Shown: in pieces, positions 53,337 through 64,000 of the stretch
Layout of the letters: every line of letters starts with the position of its first letter
How positions within the stretch are numbered: the first letter of the stretch is position 1
DNA from: Candidatus Dormibacteria bacterium
GTDB lineage: Bacteria; Chloroflexota; Dormibacteria; Aeolococcales; Bog-877
Assembly: GCA_050734425.1 (NCBI GenBank)
Contig: JBOHUL010000046.1
Coordinates: forward strand, 72-64,071
DNA: 64,000 nucleotides
Direction: 5' to 3'
Program-made: the position numbers and the translations under genes
The notes under the pieces: model-generated
What the model saw: only the letters and a program-made list of their open reading frames with translations
What the model was told of the DNA's origin: nothing
Database searches by the model: none

Positions 53337-53978
53337 TCATCCCCCAACAGGGTGATTCTTGGTGCTGGCGGCCCCGGGGCCGAGCGGAAGCAGGCCCTGC
53401 TTCCACGCTCGCAGCACCGCCCCCGCCCGATCGGCGGCGCCGAGCTTGCCCAGGATGTGGCTGACGTGGGTCTTTACCGTCTCCTCGCTGAGGAAGAGCC
53501 TGGTCGCGATCTGGCGATTGGTCATCTCCTCCCCCATGCAGGCGAGGACCTCCAACTCCCGGCGGCTGATCTGCGGCGCCCCCGTCTGGTCCTGGGGCAG
53601 CTCCAGGAGCGACTCCCCCTGGGCCACGCGGCGGATGGCGCCCGTCAGCTGGGCCCGGTCGACGTCCTTCAGCAGGTAGCCGGCGGCTCCCGCCTTGAAG
53701 CTGGGCACGGCGTAGTTCTCGTGGCCGAAGGTGGTCAGCATCACCACCCGGGTCTGCGGTCGGTCCCTCATGATCTCGCGCAGGGCCTCGATCCCGTCCA
53801 TCACCGGCAGCTGGACATCCATCAGGACCACGTCGGGCGAAGCCTCCAGGGTCCTGGCCACCGCCTCGGCCCCGTCTCCCGCGTCGCCGACCACCTCCAG
53901 GTCGGGCTCGGCCGCCAGCATGGCGCAAAGCCCCTGACGCACCACCGGGTGGTCGTCGGCGACCACGATCCGGATCAC
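53337..53978 (-). CDS. LuxR/NarL-family response regulator
   Basis: 213 aa. Receiver (VADDHPVVRQG…MDVQLPVMDG…) plus C-terminal LuxR HTH (ISRRELEVLACMGEEMTNRQIATRLFLSEETVKTHVSHILGKLG). Stop overlaps the kinase gene. Confidence 0.9.
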   Translation of the reverse strand: MIRIVVADDHPVVRQGLCAMLAAEPDLEVVGDAGDGAEAVARTLEASPDVVLMDVQLPVMDGIEALREIMRDRPQTRVVMLTTFGHENYAVPSFKAGAAGYLLKDVDRAQLTGAIRRVAQGESLLELPQDQTGAPQISRRELEVLACMGEEMTNRQIATRLFLSEETVKTHVSHILGKLGAADRAGAVLRAWKQGLLPLGPGAASTKNHPVGG

Positions 53979-56527
53979 GAGGCCGGCACCCCATCGGGGC
54001 AGGGGATCTCGAGGATCACCGTGGTCCCCCTGCCTGCGCCGCTGCGGAGGTCGAGGCTGCCGCCGCAGGTGGAGGCCCGCTCCCGCATCGAGGTTATGCC
54101 GAAGCCGCCGGCCCGCAGCTGCCCCTCGGGGTTGAATCCCAGCCCGTCGTCACAGATGCTCACCTTGAGCCGCTGCCCCGCCCGCTGCAGATCGACGGTC
54201 ACAGCGGTGGGCTGCCCGTGGCGGACGGCGTTGGAGACCGCCTCTCGCACCACCCGGAAGACCGCCACCTCCAGCTGGGCGCTGAGCGGTCCCCCCTTCA
54301 TGCCCCTCTGGCGAAGCTTGGTCCTGACCCCGGTGCGCTCCTGCACCCGGCCGAGCTCCTCGTGGATGGCCCCGGCCAGGCCGGCCCGCTCCAAGCCCTC
54401 GGGGCGCAGGTCCCAGACCGAGCGCCGGGCCTCGCGCAGGCTGGCCCGGGCCAGGTCGGTCGCCTGCTCCAGGGCGGATTGTGCCCGGCACCCATCCAGC
54501 GCCATCCAGGCGTCGGCGGCCTGGAGCTGGACCAGGATTCCGGCCAGCCCCTGGGCCAGGGTGTCGTGGATCTCGCGGGCGATGCGGTTGCGCTCGTTGA
54601 GGGTCGCCATCTCCTGGGTGTCGGCGAAGAGCTGGGCGTTGCGCAGGGCCAGCGCCAGCTGCCCCCCCACCACCTCCAGCATCTCCGCCTGGCGCGGGGC
54701 CGGCGCCTGAGCCTGGCGCAGCACCAAATAGCCGACGCGGTTGCCGGAGACCTGGAGCGGCTCCACGACCAGGTCGCCCACCAGCTGGGCTCCCTGGCCC
54801 AGGCGCCCGGGAGCTTCCAAGGTCTCCAGGAGTCCATCCGGCAACGGCGTCGCGGTACCCCCGGCCGCCGAACTCCCGACCAAGCGCACCCCCTGGGGCA
54901 CCGAGGGGTCGAGCAGGTAGACCGCGACCTCGGCCACCTTCCAGAGGTGGGCCAGGCGGGTGGCAGCATCGCCGGCGACGTCCGAGAGAACCAGTGAGCT
55001 GCCCAAGCCGGCGCTGACGGAGTTGAGGGTCGCCAGCTCACTGTTGCGCTGCCTTAGCTCGGAGGTGCGCTGGTCGACCCGGCGTTCCAGGTTGCGCCGG
55101 GCGGCGTCGATGAGGCGGCGTTGGCCCGCCAGCCGCTGCCGCATCCCCTCCAGCGCCAACTCCAGGGCGCCGATCTCGTCGTTGGGGCTGGAGTCCGCCG
55201 CCACCGGCGTCTCCAGGTCGCCCCGGGCGATCCGCTGAGAGGCACCGGTCAGGTGCGTCAGCGGGTGCAGCAGCCTCCGGCTTAGAACGCTGGTGAAGAG
55301 CACGACCAGGGCGGCCAGGACCAGAAGGAAGGGGAGCAGGAGCCAGGTGATGCCGACCAGGCCGCGGCTGATGGTGTTGGAGAAGCCGACGACGCTGCCG
55401 TCGATCCCCGAGATCGGGACCGCCACCCCCAGACTCCACTGGCTCGCCGGCAGCGGCCGGTAGAAGACGGCCAGGCCGTCTCCGCCCAGGTTGATCAGCT
55501 TCTGGCCCGAGTGACCCTCGGCCATGCTGCTCCCGACCGCCAGCCAGGGGCTGGACTTGGCCAGGAGGTTGACCGGAGCGCCCTGGCGCCGGTGGGCAGT
55601 GGAGCGGAGGTCGGACTCCGCTCCTTGGGAATAGCCGAGCAGCGCCCCGTCGCTGCTGACGAGGAAGGCGTAGCCCCCCTCAGAGTGCCCCGGGGGGCCC
55701 TTCAGGAAGTTGGCCACCAGGGCGTTGACGGTGACATTGGCCCCGACCCAGAAGGGGGTGCCGTTGCTGGAGGTGGTCTCGGTGGCGACCGTGATCGCCG
55801 GCCCGCCAGCGGCCGGGTTCTGGTAGACGGGCGTCCAGACCACGGGCTCGTCCGAGGGTCTGACCAGCGAGCGCCAGCCGCGGCTGGCCAGAGCGTTGGT
55901 CAGCCGCCCGAGGCCCGCCTGATAGGCGCCTGGCGGGGGCGACAGCTGACTCTGCCCAGCCCTCTCGGCCTGCGGACCCTCGAAGACCGGAGCCACCGCC
56001 ACCAGTCCGGTCTGAGGCAGCTCGACCCAGACGTCGGCCACCTCGGGATGCTCGTGGTAGACGAGGTTCAGCTGGGGTCCCAGGGACTCCAGGGCCAGAA
56101 CCTGCGATGAGATCCCGGGAGATCGCCCACCCGGCCCGTAGACGGTGATGCCCGAGGTCGGCTGGGCCGCCGTGGGCGGCTCCGCCAGCCGCTCTCGCGT
56201 CGCCTGGCTCAGGAGGGCGACGTCATCCTGAACCGAGTTGAGCTCGTTGTTGATCACGAGGGCCTTGCTGTTGACCAGGTCCCGGAGGTGGGTGTCCTGG
56301 CTCGCCTCCAGCTGGTGGTTGGCCTTCTTGAGGGCGCCGCTGTTGAGCGACGACAAAGCGGCCATCCCCGCCAGGCCGAAGATCGCGAGCGGGATCACCG
56401 AGACCCCCAGCATGGCCACCAGGATGCGGCGCCGGACGCTTTGGCGGTGCCAGAGCTCGATCCGACCGAATACCGACCGCACCCCCCCCGAGATCCACCG
56501 GCCCCGGCGGCGGCTAGGTTGTGACAT
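53975..56527 (-). CDS. Sensor histidine kinase: periplasmic Cache-like sensor, HAMP, GAF, HisKA_3, HATPase_c
   Basis: Track ORF 53975..56647. I prefer the ATG at 56527 (MSQPSRRRGRW…). Two TM segments flank a roughly 300-aa extracytoplasmic domain. HAMP (…LTGASQRIARGDLETPV…), GAF-like middle, H-box ERNRIAREIHDTLAQGL (HisKA_3), ATPase N/G boxes. Confidence 0.85.
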   Translation of the reverse strand: MSQPSRRRGRWISGGVRSVFGRIELWHRQSVRRRILVAMLGVSVIPLAIFGLAGMAALSSLNSGALKKANHQLEASQDTHLRDLVNSKALVINNELNSVQDDVALLSQATRERLAEPPTAAQPTSGITVYGPGGRSPGISSQVLALESLGPQLNLVYHEHPEVADVWVELPQTGLVAVAPVFEGPQAERAGQSQLSPPPGAYQAGLGRLTNALASRGWRSLVRPSDEPVVWTPVYQNPAAGGPAITVATETTSSNGTPFWVGANVTVNALVANFLKGPPGHSEGGYAFLVSSDGALLGYSQGAESDLRSTAHRRQGAPVNLLAKSSPWLAVGSSMAEGHSGQKLINLGGDGLAVFYRPLPASQWSLGVAVPISGIDGSVVGFSNTISRGLVGITWLLLPFLLVLAALVVLFTSVLSRRLLHPLTHLTGASQRIARGDLETPVAADSSPNDEIGALELALEGMRQRLAGQRRLIDAARRNLERRVDQRTSELRQRNSELATLNSVSAGLGSSLVLSDVAGDAATRLAHLWKVAEVAVYLLDPSVPQGVRLVGSSAAGGTATPLPDGLLETLEAPGRLGQGAQLVGDLVVEPLQVSGNRVGYLVLRQAQAPAPRQAEMLEVVGGQLALALRNAQLFADTQEMATLNERNRIAREIHDTLAQGLAGILVQLQAADAWMALDGCRAQSALEQATDLARASLREARRSVWDLRPEGLERAGLAGAIHEELGRVQERTGVRTKLRQRGMKGGPLSAQLEVAVFRVVREAVSNAVRHGQPTAVTVDLQRAGQRLKVSICDDGLGFNPEGQLRAGGFGITSMRERASTCGGSLDLRSGAGRGTTVILEIPCPDGVPAS

Positions 56528-56631
56528 GGCCTCTTCAGACCTCGCCCAATAGATCGAGGAGCCCATCGTACACGCTGCCGTGCCCCCGCCCGCACCAGGT
56601 CTGGCGGGCGGGGATCGGTTACACCTAACTC

Positions 56632-57825
56632 GTGAGCCGGCAGCCACCCAAGGCCCCGGGACCCCGGGTGCTCGTCGCGCCCAACGCCTTCAAGGGAAGC
56701 CTGAGCCCGGCGGCGGCAGCCCGGGCGATGGCCTCGGGGATCCGTAGGGCCTGGCCCCAAGCCCTCTGCCGGGAGCTGCCACTGTCAGACGGCGGGGACG
56801 GCTTTGGCGCCGCCCTGGCCACCATCCCGGGCAGCTCCTGGACCCATTCCCGGGCCCGGGGGCCCCTCCTCGAGGAGGTCCGGGCCAGCACCCTCTGGCT
56901 GCCAGGGGGGCGGACCGCAGTGATCGAGCTGGCCCGGACCTGCGGTCTGCGCCGGGTTCCCCGGCCGGGGCCAGCGAGCTCGGTCCGGACCAGCACCTTC
57001 GGCCTGGGGGAGCAGATCCGCACCGCCCTGGAGCACGGAGCCAGGCGGATCGTGGTGGGGTTGGGGGGAAGCGCCTCCACCGACGGAGGCGCGGGCGCGG
57101 CCCAGGCGCTCGGGTTCCGGCTCCTGGACCGCTCTGACCGCCCCATCCCCGCGGGCGGAGGCGGCCTGGTCGAACTCTGCCGAATCGAGGCCGGAACCGA
57201 CCTCCCGGCGCTGCGGGGCATAGAGATCGAGGCCGCCTGCGACGTTGACAATCCCCTCCTCGGGCCGCGGGGAGCGGCGGCGAGCTTCGGGCCTCAGAAG
57301 GGTGCGGGAGCGGCCGAGCTGGCGCTGCTGGAAGAGGGGCTGCGCCGGCTGGCCACGGTGGTGGCACGGGACCTTGGCGAACACCCCAGTCCTTTCGCCT
57401 GGGGCATGGGCGCCGCCGGAGGCACCGGCTTCGGGCTGGCCGCCTTCGCCGGGGCCAGGGTCCGCTCAGGCGCCGGGCTGGTTGCCGAGGCCCTGGCGCT
57501 GGAGGGGGCCCTGGACTGGACCGAACTGGTCGTCACCGGCGAGGGCCGCCTGGACCTGGCCAGCTTCGGGGGCAAGGCCACCGGCGAAATCCTGCGCCAG
57601 GCCCGGTCGCGAGGCCTGCCGACCCTGCTGGTGGCGGGCAGCGCCGAGGACGAGGCCGTGGTCCGGCTGCGGCGGCTGGGGGCTGGGCTGGTGTTGACTG
57701 CCGACGGTGGGCTGCCCCCGACCTCAGGCCTCGAGGCCAGCCACCAGTTGCGACGGGCGCTGGAGCTCGCCTGCCGCGACCCCGCGATCGGAGGACGCTG
57801 GCGGCAGAGGCTCAGTCCCGGCTGA
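56632..57825 (+). CDS. Glycerate kinase (GlxK/GarK family)
   Basis: 397 aa. VLVAPNAFKGSLSPAAAARAMASG…PLSDGGDGF…VVGLGGSASTDGGAG… matches the glycerate kinase I fold. GTG start. Confidence 0.8.
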   Translation: MSRQPPKAPGPRVLVAPNAFKGSLSPAAAARAMASGIRRAWPQALCRELPLSDGGDGFGAALATIPGSSWTHSRARGPLLEEVRASTLWLPGGRTAVIELARTCGLRRVPRPGPASSVRTSTFGLGEQIRTALEHGARRIVVGLGGSASTDGGAGAAQALGFRLLDRSDRPIPAGGGGLVELCRIEAGTDLPALRGIEIEAACDVDNPLLGPRGAAASFGPQKGAGAAELALLEEGLRRLATVVARDLGEHPSPFAWGMGAAGGTGFGLAAFAGARVRSGAGLVAEALALEGALDWTELVVTGEGRLDLASFGGKATGEILRQARSRGLPTLLVAGSAEDEAVVRLRRLGAGLVLTADGGLPPTSGLEASHQLRRALELACRDPAIGGRWRQRLSPG

Positions 57826-57942
57826 CGCCTGGGCTCCGGCCAGCCCCGCTCGGGGCGCCCAGAAGGGCGCGAGGTGAGCGTCCCCACCCCCACCACCGCC
57901 AGCGGCCCCAGCGCCACCAGAGTGAGCTGGGATGGCGCGACT

Positions 57943-58944
57943 TCAGTAGATGGGTAGGCACCACTCCCGGTACTTCTCGACCTCGCCCCGGACCAGCTGG
58001 TCGTAGAGGGAGGCGAGCTGCTTGGTCATGGGTCCGGGCTTGCCGGTGCCCACGGGCCGGTGGTCGATCTCAGCGACCGAGGCGATCTGGGCCCCGGTGC
58101 CGCAGAGGAAGACCTCGTCGGCGACGTAGAGCTCGGTGCGATCGACGGTCCGTTCCTGGAGCGGCAGGCCCAGATCCTCGCCCCACAGCTGCATCAGGGT
58201 GGCGCGGGTGATCCCCTCCAGGATGTTCTCGGTCACGGGGGGGGTGATCAGCGTCCCCTCCCGGATCATGAAGAGGTTCTCGGCAGAGCCCTCGCAGACG
58301 TGGCCGTCCTGGCCCAGGACGATGGCCTCGTCCAGACCGTTGGCGGCGGCTTCGCTTTTGGCCAGAGCCGAGTTGATGTAGATGCCGCTGATCTTGGCTC
58401 GGGCCGGGGCGGCGTTGTCGTCGACCCGGCGCCAGCTGGAGACCATGCAGCGCAGTCCCGCGGTGCGGTCGAGATACTCGCCGAAGGGCTGGGCATAGAT
58501 GAGAAAGCCGTCTTTGAGGTCGTGGAGCCGGACGCCGATCTCCTCGGAAGCCTTGTAGACCAGGGGCCGGACATAGGTGTCGCTGCGGAATCCGTTGCGC
58601 CGGATCAGCGCCACCGTGATCTCGCACAGCTCGTCGGGCGAGTACGGCAGGCTCATGCGCAGGATCCGGGCCGAGTTGTGCAGCCGCTGGTAGTGCTCCC
58701 GGGGCCGGAAGAGGTAGAGCTGCTCCTTGCTCCCGTTCCAGTAGGCGCGGATTCCCTCGAAGCAGGCGGTGCCGTAGTGGAGGGCGTGGGTCATGAGCCC
58801 GAGCCGCGAGTCGCGGTAGCGGCGCTGCTGGCCCTGGTAGAAGACCCAGGCGGCCCCCTGGTCGAAGGCCGCCAATCCAGCTCCCTGGTCAGGCTTCTCC
58901 AGTACCAGCGAACCTGATCCTGGGCGCACGTCGTGTGCGGTCAT
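57943..58944 (-). CDS. ilvE: Branched-chain amino acid aminotransferase (PLP fold type IV)
   Basis: Internal ATG at 58944 of track ORF 57943..59037 (MTAHDVRPGSGS…). YGTACFEGIRAY, catalytic Lys context (ARAKISGIY), EGSAENLF, ADEVFLCGTGAQI. Confidence 0.85.
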   Translation of the reverse strand: MTAHDVRPGSGSLVLEKPDQGAGLAAFDQGAAWVFYQGQQRRYRDSRLGLMTHALHYGTACFEGIRAYWNGSKEQLYLFRPREHYQRLHNSARILRMSLPYSPDELCEITVALIRRNGFRSDTYVRPLVYKASEEIGVRLHDLKDGFLIYAQPFGEYLDRTAGLRCMVSSWRRVDDNAAPARAKISGIYINSALAKSEAAANGLDEAIVLGQDGHVCEGSAENLFMIREGTLITPPVTENILEGITRATLMQLWGEDLGLPLQERTVDRTELYVADEVFLCGTGAQIASVAEIDHRPVGTGKPGPMTKQLASLYDQLVRGEVEKYREWCLPIY

Positions 58945-59084
58945 GGCACCCTCCTGCAGGGCTGGTTGAGCGGCCTCGGGAACGGCCGGCGCAAGTATAA
59001 GGCGGGAATTGGCGGGTGACCGCCCGGCCACTTCCACCCGTCCGCGGAGGGGCGCCGGGGCCGGTGATACGATCCCGCCCAGTC

Positions 59085-60368
59085 ATGCGATGGCCGTGGG
59101 CAGGTTGGGGTGTGACCCGCTGGCTGACGCCGGGCCTGCACGTCAAGCGCTGGGTCGGGGTCACCATCCTGGCCATCGTCGGGATCGCCCTGGGGATCAG
59201 CTACGCCCTGCGCGAGTACTACCAGAGCGCCCACCTCCCCGCCTTCACCTACTACCTGACAATGCAGTTCTGGCCGCGGTGGGTCAGGGCGGTGATCTTC
59301 TTCGGCGTCGGGCTCTTCCTCCTCTGCCTGGGGCTGTACAAGCTGACCCGCTCCTTGCTCAGCCCCTTCGTCCCCGGCGGCGACAAGGCGCTCGTGGAGC
59401 GGCTCTACGACTTCCGCATCCGGCAGCGGGGTCCCCGGATCGTGGCCGTGGGCGGGGGCACCGGGCTCTCCACCCTGCTCCGCGGGATCAAGAGCCACAC
59501 CGGCAACGTCACCGCCCTGGTCACGGTCGCCGACGACGGCGGCAGCAGCGGCCGGCTCCGGGCCGAATACAAGGTCCTGCCCCCGGGCGACTTCCGCCAG
59601 TGCCTCACGGCCCTGGCCGACGTCGAGCCCCTGATGAGCGAACTCTTCCAGTACCGCTTCAAGGAGGGCTCGCTGCGGGGTCACTCCTTCGGCAACCTCT
59701 TCATCATGGCAATGAGCGAGATCACCGGTGACTTCGAGCACGCTCTGCGGGAGTCGGGACGGGTCCTGGCGGTGCGGGGCCAGATCGTCCCCACCACCCT
59801 CGAGACTGTCACCCTCTGCGCCATCGCCGGGGAGGAGGTGCTGGTGGGGGAGTCGCGCGTCCCCACCGGCAAGCAGCCGATCCAGCGGGTGTTCCTGGTC
59901 CCCGAGCACCCAATCCTCAACCCCGAGGCCCAGCTGGCGATCATGAACGCCGAGATGGTGCTGGTCGGCCCGGGCAGCCTCTACACCAGCCTGCTGCCCA
60001 ACCTCCTGGTGGAGGGGATGGTCGAGGCCCTGCGGGCGACCCCGGCGGTCAAGGTCTACGTCTGCAACGTCGCCACCCAGCCCGGGGAGACCAACGGCTA
60101 CGCCGTCCACGACCATGTCGAGACCCTGGAGCGCTACGTCGGCGCGGGGCTCTTCGACTACGTCGTCGCCAACAGCAACCTGACCCTGCCCCTCTCTCCG
60201 GCGGCCCAGGAGGCGGGGGTGCATCGCGTGGCGTTCGACCGGCGCCGGGTGGGGCGCAATGGGACCAGGTACGTGCTGGGGGACCTGGTCTCGAGCCAGA
60301 TCACCTCCCACCACGACCCGGACAAGCTGGCCCGGCTGCTGATGCGCCGGGTCTGGCCCCGCGGCTGA
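59085..60368 (+). CDS. YvcK/CofD-like (UPF0052) gluconeogenesis factor family protein
   Basis: Internal ATG at 59085 of track ORF 59016..60368. IVAVGGGTGLSTLLRGIK…VTVADDGGSSGRLR…GNLFI are the family signatures. N-terminal TM segment. Confidence 0.8.
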   Translation: MRWPWAGWGVTRWLTPGLHVKRWVGVTILAIVGIALGISYALREYYQSAHLPAFTYYLTMQFWPRWVRAVIFFGVGLFLLCLGLYKLTRSLLSPFVPGGDKALVERLYDFRIRQRGPRIVAVGGGTGLSTLLRGIKSHTGNVTALVTVADDGGSSGRLRAEYKVLPPGDFRQCLTALADVEPLMSELFQYRFKEGSLRGHSFGNLFIMAMSEITGDFEHALRESGRVLAVRGQIVPTTLETVTLCAIAGEEVLVGESRVPTGKQPIQRVFLVPEHPILNPEAQLAIMNAEMVLVGPGSLYTSLLPNLLVEGMVEALRATPAVKVYVCNVATQPGETNGYAVHDHVETLERYVGAGLFDYVVANSNLTLPLSPAAQEAGVHRVAFDRRRVGRNGTRYVLGDLVSSQITSHHDPDKLARLLMRRVWPRG

Positions 60369-60438
60369 GCCGAAGCCGGGGCTGCGTGTCCGCTTTCGCT
60401 CAGGGCCCGCACCGGGCCCCGTCTAACATTGCTTCGCC

Positions 60439-63400
60439 ATGAGGATCGGGCGCGGTCGAGGGCGGAGCTCCTCAAAGGCGGCCGGACGCTCCCTCCAACT
60501 TGAGGCCGCGGTGCCGGGCGCTGGCTCCGGCCGGTCGCGGCGCGGAGGGATCGCCTTTCCCCCACTTCTGTCCGCGGTCCGTTGGCGCTTGGGAGCCAGC
60601 GTCTCGCTCCTGGTGGTGGCAGTGCTCGCGGTCTTCACCGCCGCTGCCGGTCCGCTGTTCCTCGCCACCGCCGACGTCGAGGTCCTCCACACCCAGCTGA
60701 ATTCGGCGGGGAGCGCCCAGACCGCCTTCCAGGTCAGCAATCGCAGCGCCACCGTGAACTCCCTGGCCAAGCTGGTACCGGTGCCAGGGCGGGTGCGCAG
60801 TCACGGTCTGGATGCGCTCTTCGGCCAACCGGTCTACACCGAGGACCACGGGCTGACGATTGGCCCATTCACCAACAAGGTTGCTGCCGACTTCGTCTAC
60901 CGCAGTGGCGTCTGCGCTCACCTCCATTTCATTCAGGGCAGCTGTCCCAGCCAGATGGACCAGATTGCCATGACCCAGCGCGATGCCACCAAATTGGGCC
61001 TGAAGTTGGGGCAGAAACTCGAGAGCCGCTACCAGGTTTCAGGGATCGTCGCGGTCGGCAACAGCAACGCCCCCTACTGGATGGGTGACAACTTCTTCCA
61101 GTTCGCGCCGGCATACCTCAGTCCAAGCGGGAACACGTTACCGGCCCTGGACGCCTTCTTCGCCACCAAGGCGACCTTGGACCAATTGCCCAGCGTCGGT
61201 TCGGTGCAGTTCCCGTTGCGCGTTTCCCGGACCCTCCCCGACGGGGTCCCCCAGCTGCGCTCCCAAGAGAACCGGCTCTCGTACCTCCTGCGCACCAGAT
61301 ACGGCTACACCGTAACCAGTGGGCTGAACAGCGTCCTCAACGCCTACGACAAGCAGGCGAGCGACGTCGCCGCCATCGTCGGGGTGGTGGCGCTGCAGCT
61401 CATCCTGCTAGTCCTCTTCGTCCTCTACGTGCTTGTCGCCAGGACCGCGGTCAGCCGGCGCTCCGAGGTGGCCCTGGCCAAGCTCCGGGGGGCGAGCCTG
61501 CTCTCGCTTTTGGTGATGGGGATAGCCGAGCCGGCGTTGATTCTGCTCATCTCGCTGCCGGTGGGACTGATCCTGGCCTACATCGCCATGGAGTTCGTCT
61601 CCCGGCTCGGGCTCCACGCCGCCCCGGTCCCCTTCTCGCTGCTGGCTCTGCTGGCGGCCCTAGCAGCCTTCTGCAGCGGGATCATCGCCACCGCCGCCGG
61701 CAGCCGCAAGCTCCTCTCCCGGCCCTTGGTCGACGAGCTCCGGGCCAGTGAGGACAAGCCCAACCCGGCGGTGAGGGCGGCCGGGGAGGGGGTGGCCCTG
61801 GCCCTGGCCGCGGCGGGGCTGGTGGAGCTGGCCACCGCGGGGGCCCTCAGCGGCTCCCATCCCAACCCCGTGGCCCTCTTCGCCCCGGGGCTGATTGCCA
61901 TGGGGCTGGCGGTGCCCTGCGCCCGGCTGCTACCCGCCGCCTGCGCCTACCTGGTCCGCCGCACCCGCAACTCGCGCCGGATCGCCACCGGACTGGCGGT
62001 GCGCCAGGTGATCCGGCGGCCCGCGGCCCTGCGCCAGGTCCTGATCCTGACCGTGGCGGTGGGCCTCTCCGCTTTCGCCGTCATCGGCTGGTCGGTGGCG
62101 GCCCGCAACCGGACCATCCGGGCCGACTTCGACCTGGGGGCCGCCCGGGTGGTCCAGGTCCAGGTCCCGCCGGCGGTGAACCTGGTAAACGCGGTGCGGC
62201 AGGCCGACCCCTCGGGCCACTACGCCATGGCGGTGATGGAGTCCCGCCAGGCCAACTCCCTCCTCCTGGCGGTGGACGCCTCCCGCCTGGGCACGGTTGC
62301 CTACTGGCCCAAGGATTTGAGCAGGACCAGCCTCAGGAGGATCGTTCGCTGGCTCAGCCCCAAGCTGCTGCCGCCACTGGTCCTCTCCGGGCAAGAGATC
62401 AGCCTGACCGCCGACCTGAGTCAGACGGTCAGCCCGCCGCCGGACCTGGTGGTGAACATGCTCGACAGTGGCGGCAACGCTCAGGAGGCGGACTTTGGCT
62501 ACCTCAGCCAGGGCAGCCACCAGTACAGCGCCAGCCTGCCGCCCGCCTGCGCTTTGGGCTGCCGGGTCATCTCGGTGGAGCCGGTCTGGACCCCACCCCA
62601 GGTGGAGACGGCGCAAGGGAGCGCCGTCTTCGACTACCAGTTGCCGATCTACGTCCCGCCCCCGAGCGCGACCTACACCGTGGCCCTGTCCCAGATGGAG
62701 CAGATGAGCGGCGGCCGCTCTAAGCCGCTCAACCCGCGGGTCTACGACACCTCCTACTGGGGCAGCAACTCGTCCGGGGCCAAGATCCAGGGAACCGGGT
62801 CGTCCCTTGTGATGAGCATCCACGACAACGCCGACGACGACGTCTCTCCCGGCGGGGTGCCGGCGCCGCTGCCCACCAGACTCCACGCCGTCTCGACCGT
62901 GGCCAGCCAGGCCGCCGACCCGGTGACGAACACCATCGACGACTTCGACGGCTATCCCCTCCACGTCAACACCAGCCCCCAGGTGGTGGCCCTGCCCAAC
63001 CTCGGGAGCCAGGGGGACCTGATGAACCTGCAGACGGCCCAGGAGGCGGAACGGGGAACCCCGCTCTTCACCGAGAGCTACGTCTGGGAGGCACCCCACG
63101 CCCCGCCCCGGATCCTCGCCCGGCTCAAGCACGAGGGCGTGTCAGTACTCAACGTCACCACCCCGGGCCCGGCGGTTACCCGCTACAACCAGGGCGGCCT
63201 CGGCCTCGGCTACCAGTTCTTCGTCTTCGCCGCCGGCGCGGCGGCCGCCCTGGCGGTGGCGACCACCATCCTCAGCTTCTTCCTCAGCGCCAGGCGCCGT
63301 TCCTTCGAGCTGGCGGTTCTCCGGGCGATGGGCGTCTCCCGCCAGACTTTGAGCCGGGCGCTGTTGGCGGAGCAATGCCTGGTCCTGATCCCGGGACTCA

Positions 63401-63627
63401 TCTTCGGGATCGCCGCCGCCATCATCGCCGGATTGGTGGCGCTGCCCGCGGTGCCGGAGTTCGGATCGAATTCGGGCCAGCCCCCGCTCCAACTAGGGCT
63501 GCCGGCCTTGGCGATCGCGGTCTTGGGGCTGGTCTTCCTGGTGATCCTGGTGGCGTCGGCGTTCCTGGCCGGAAGGGTGGCCCTGGGACAGGTGGACATG
63601 GCCGAGCTGAGGATGGAGCTGCATTGA
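60439..63627 (+). CDS. MacB/FtsX-type ABC transporter permease with two FtsX domains and large extracytoplasmic domains
   Basis: 1062 aa. Two four-TM FtsX-like blocks (about 320-450 and about 930-1050) separated by a roughly 450-aa soluble region. Start uncertain: the ATG at 60439 has no RBS, and an in-frame TTG near 60586 is possible. Stop overlaps the ATPase TTG (TTGA). Confidence 0.75.
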   Translation: MRIGRGRGRSSSKAAGRSLQLEAAVPGAGSGRSRRGGIAFPPLLSAVRWRLGASVSLLVVAVLAVFTAAAGPLFLATADVEVLHTQLNSAGSAQTAFQVSNRSATVNSLAKLVPVPGRVRSHGLDALFGQPVYTEDHGLTIGPFTNKVAADFVYRSGVCAHLHFIQGSCPSQMDQIAMTQRDATKLGLKLGQKLESRYQVSGIVAVGNSNAPYWMGDNFFQFAPAYLSPSGNTLPALDAFFATKATLDQLPSVGSVQFPLRVSRTLPDGVPQLRSQENRLSYLLRTRYGYTVTSGLNSVLNAYDKQASDVAAIVGVVALQLILLVLFVLYVLVARTAVSRRSEVALAKLRGASLLSLLVMGIAEPALILLISLPVGLILAYIAMEFVSRLGLHAAPVPFSLLALLAALAAFCSGIIATAAGSRKLLSRPLVDELRASEDKPNPAVRAAGEGVALALAAAGLVELATAGALSGSHPNPVALFAPGLIAMGLAVPCARLLPAACAYLVRRTRNSRRIATGLAVRQVIRRPAALRQVLILTVAVGLSAFAVIGWSVAARNRTIRADFDLGAARVVQVQVPPAVNLVNAVRQADPSGHYAMAVMESRQANSLLLAVDASRLGTVAYWPKDLSRTSLRRIVRWLSPKLLPPLVLSGQEISLTADLSQTVSPPPDLVVNMLDSGGNAQEADFGYLSQGSHQYSASLPPACALGCRVISVEPVWTPPQVETAQGSAVFDYQLPIYVPPPSATYTVALSQMEQMSGGRSKPLNPRVYDTSYWGSNSSGAKIQGTGSSLVMSIHDNADDDVSPGGVPAPLPTRLHAVSTVASQAADPVTNTIDDFDGYPLHVNTSPQVVALPNLGSQGDLMNLQTAQEAERGTPLFTESYVWEAPHAPPRILARLKHEGVSVLNVTTPGPAVTRYNQGGLGLGYQFFVFAAGAAAALAVATTILSFFLSARRRSFELAVLRAMGVSRQTLSRALLAEQCLVLIPGLIFGIAAAIIAGLVALPAVPEFGSNSGQPPLQLGLPALAIAVLGLVFLVILVASAFLAGRVALGQVDMAELRMELH

Positions 63628-64000
63628 GCCAGACGGGCGGCGCCGGCCACGGCCTCGAGGTCGAGTGCGACCGGGTCGTGCTCCTCTACCCCAGCGAGGA
63701 GGGAGATGTGGCGGCGCTGCGGGGGATCGACCTCGACATCGGTGCCGGCGAGGCCCTGGCCATCCTGGGTCCCTCGGGGTCGGGCAAGTCCAGCCTGCTG
63801 GCCCTGCTCGCGGGTCTGCTGCGCCCCTCCTCGGGCCGGGTCCGCCTAGGACCTCACGATCTGGGCCAGCTCTCCGGTCGCGACCTGGCCCGGCTCCACG
63901 CCGGCAGCGTCAGTCTGGTGCTCCAGGACCCCACCCGCAACCTCCTCCCGTACGCCTCGGGCCTCCAGAACGTCGAGTACGCCCAGCGGCTGGGCGCATC
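63624..64000 (+). CDS. ABC transporter ATP-binding protein (MacB/LolD-like), N-terminal fragment truncated by window end
   Basis: Own translation from the TTG at 63624 gives [66 protein letters not shown]… (Walker A). It is absent from the track because it runs off the window. Confidence 0.75.
   Translation, partial: MSQTGGAGHGLEVECDRVVLLYPSEEGDVAALRGIDLDIGAGEALAILGPSGSGKSSLLALLAGLLRPSSGRVRLGPHDLGQLSGRDLARLHAGSVSLVLQDPTRNLLPYASGLQNVEYAQRLGA

Overview
This 64-kb window is a high-GC (~70%) bacterial chromosomal segment, probably Actinomycetota-like: clpS is paired with a DUF2017 gene, a Rieske gene with a DUF2231 gene, and TTGA/GTGA/ATGA start-stop overlaps are frequent. It is densely coding on both strands. 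I found no rRNA, tRNA, CRISPR array, transposase or integrase. Most genes are housekeeping or metabolic: Xaa-Pro aminopeptidase, alpha-glucan phosphorylase, pterin-4a-carbinolamine dehydratase, a molybdate/tungstate-type ABC transporter with an HTH-PBP regulator, Lon protease, branched-chain aminotransferase, glycerate kinase, a YvcK/CofD-like protein, a HisKA_3 kinase with a LuxR regulator, and a MacB/FtsX-type ABC exporter. A hopanoid biosynthesis region is present (hpnA, a DUF422-HpnG fusion, hpnE, hpnD, hpnC, shc, polyprenyl synthase, ispH), split by an island of unrelated small genes. Two loci are not explained by described systems. The first is a tandem pair of Smr-less MutS2-like (MutS domain V) ATPases, divergently transcribed from a single bacterial dynamin-like GTPase. 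The second is an apparent operon of a small unknown protein, three tandem two-domain YbjQ/DUF74 paralogs (with near-identical 5' ends and 23-nt overlaps, suggesting recent duplication or gene conversion) and an HDAC-family deacetylase, beside a divergently transcribed MscS channel. Further oddities: a 570-aa protein fusing an unknown N-terminal region to a purine-nucleoside-phosphorylase-like domain, a Rieske gene frameshifted in a G7/C7 homopolymer, a succinate-semialdehyde dehydrogenase whose conserved N-terminus lies upstream of any canonical start codon, a VapC/PIN remnant, and a compositionally atypical family-5 solute-binding lipoprotein gene. Many long ORFs in the supplied track are alternative-frame artifacts of the high GC content and were rejected.
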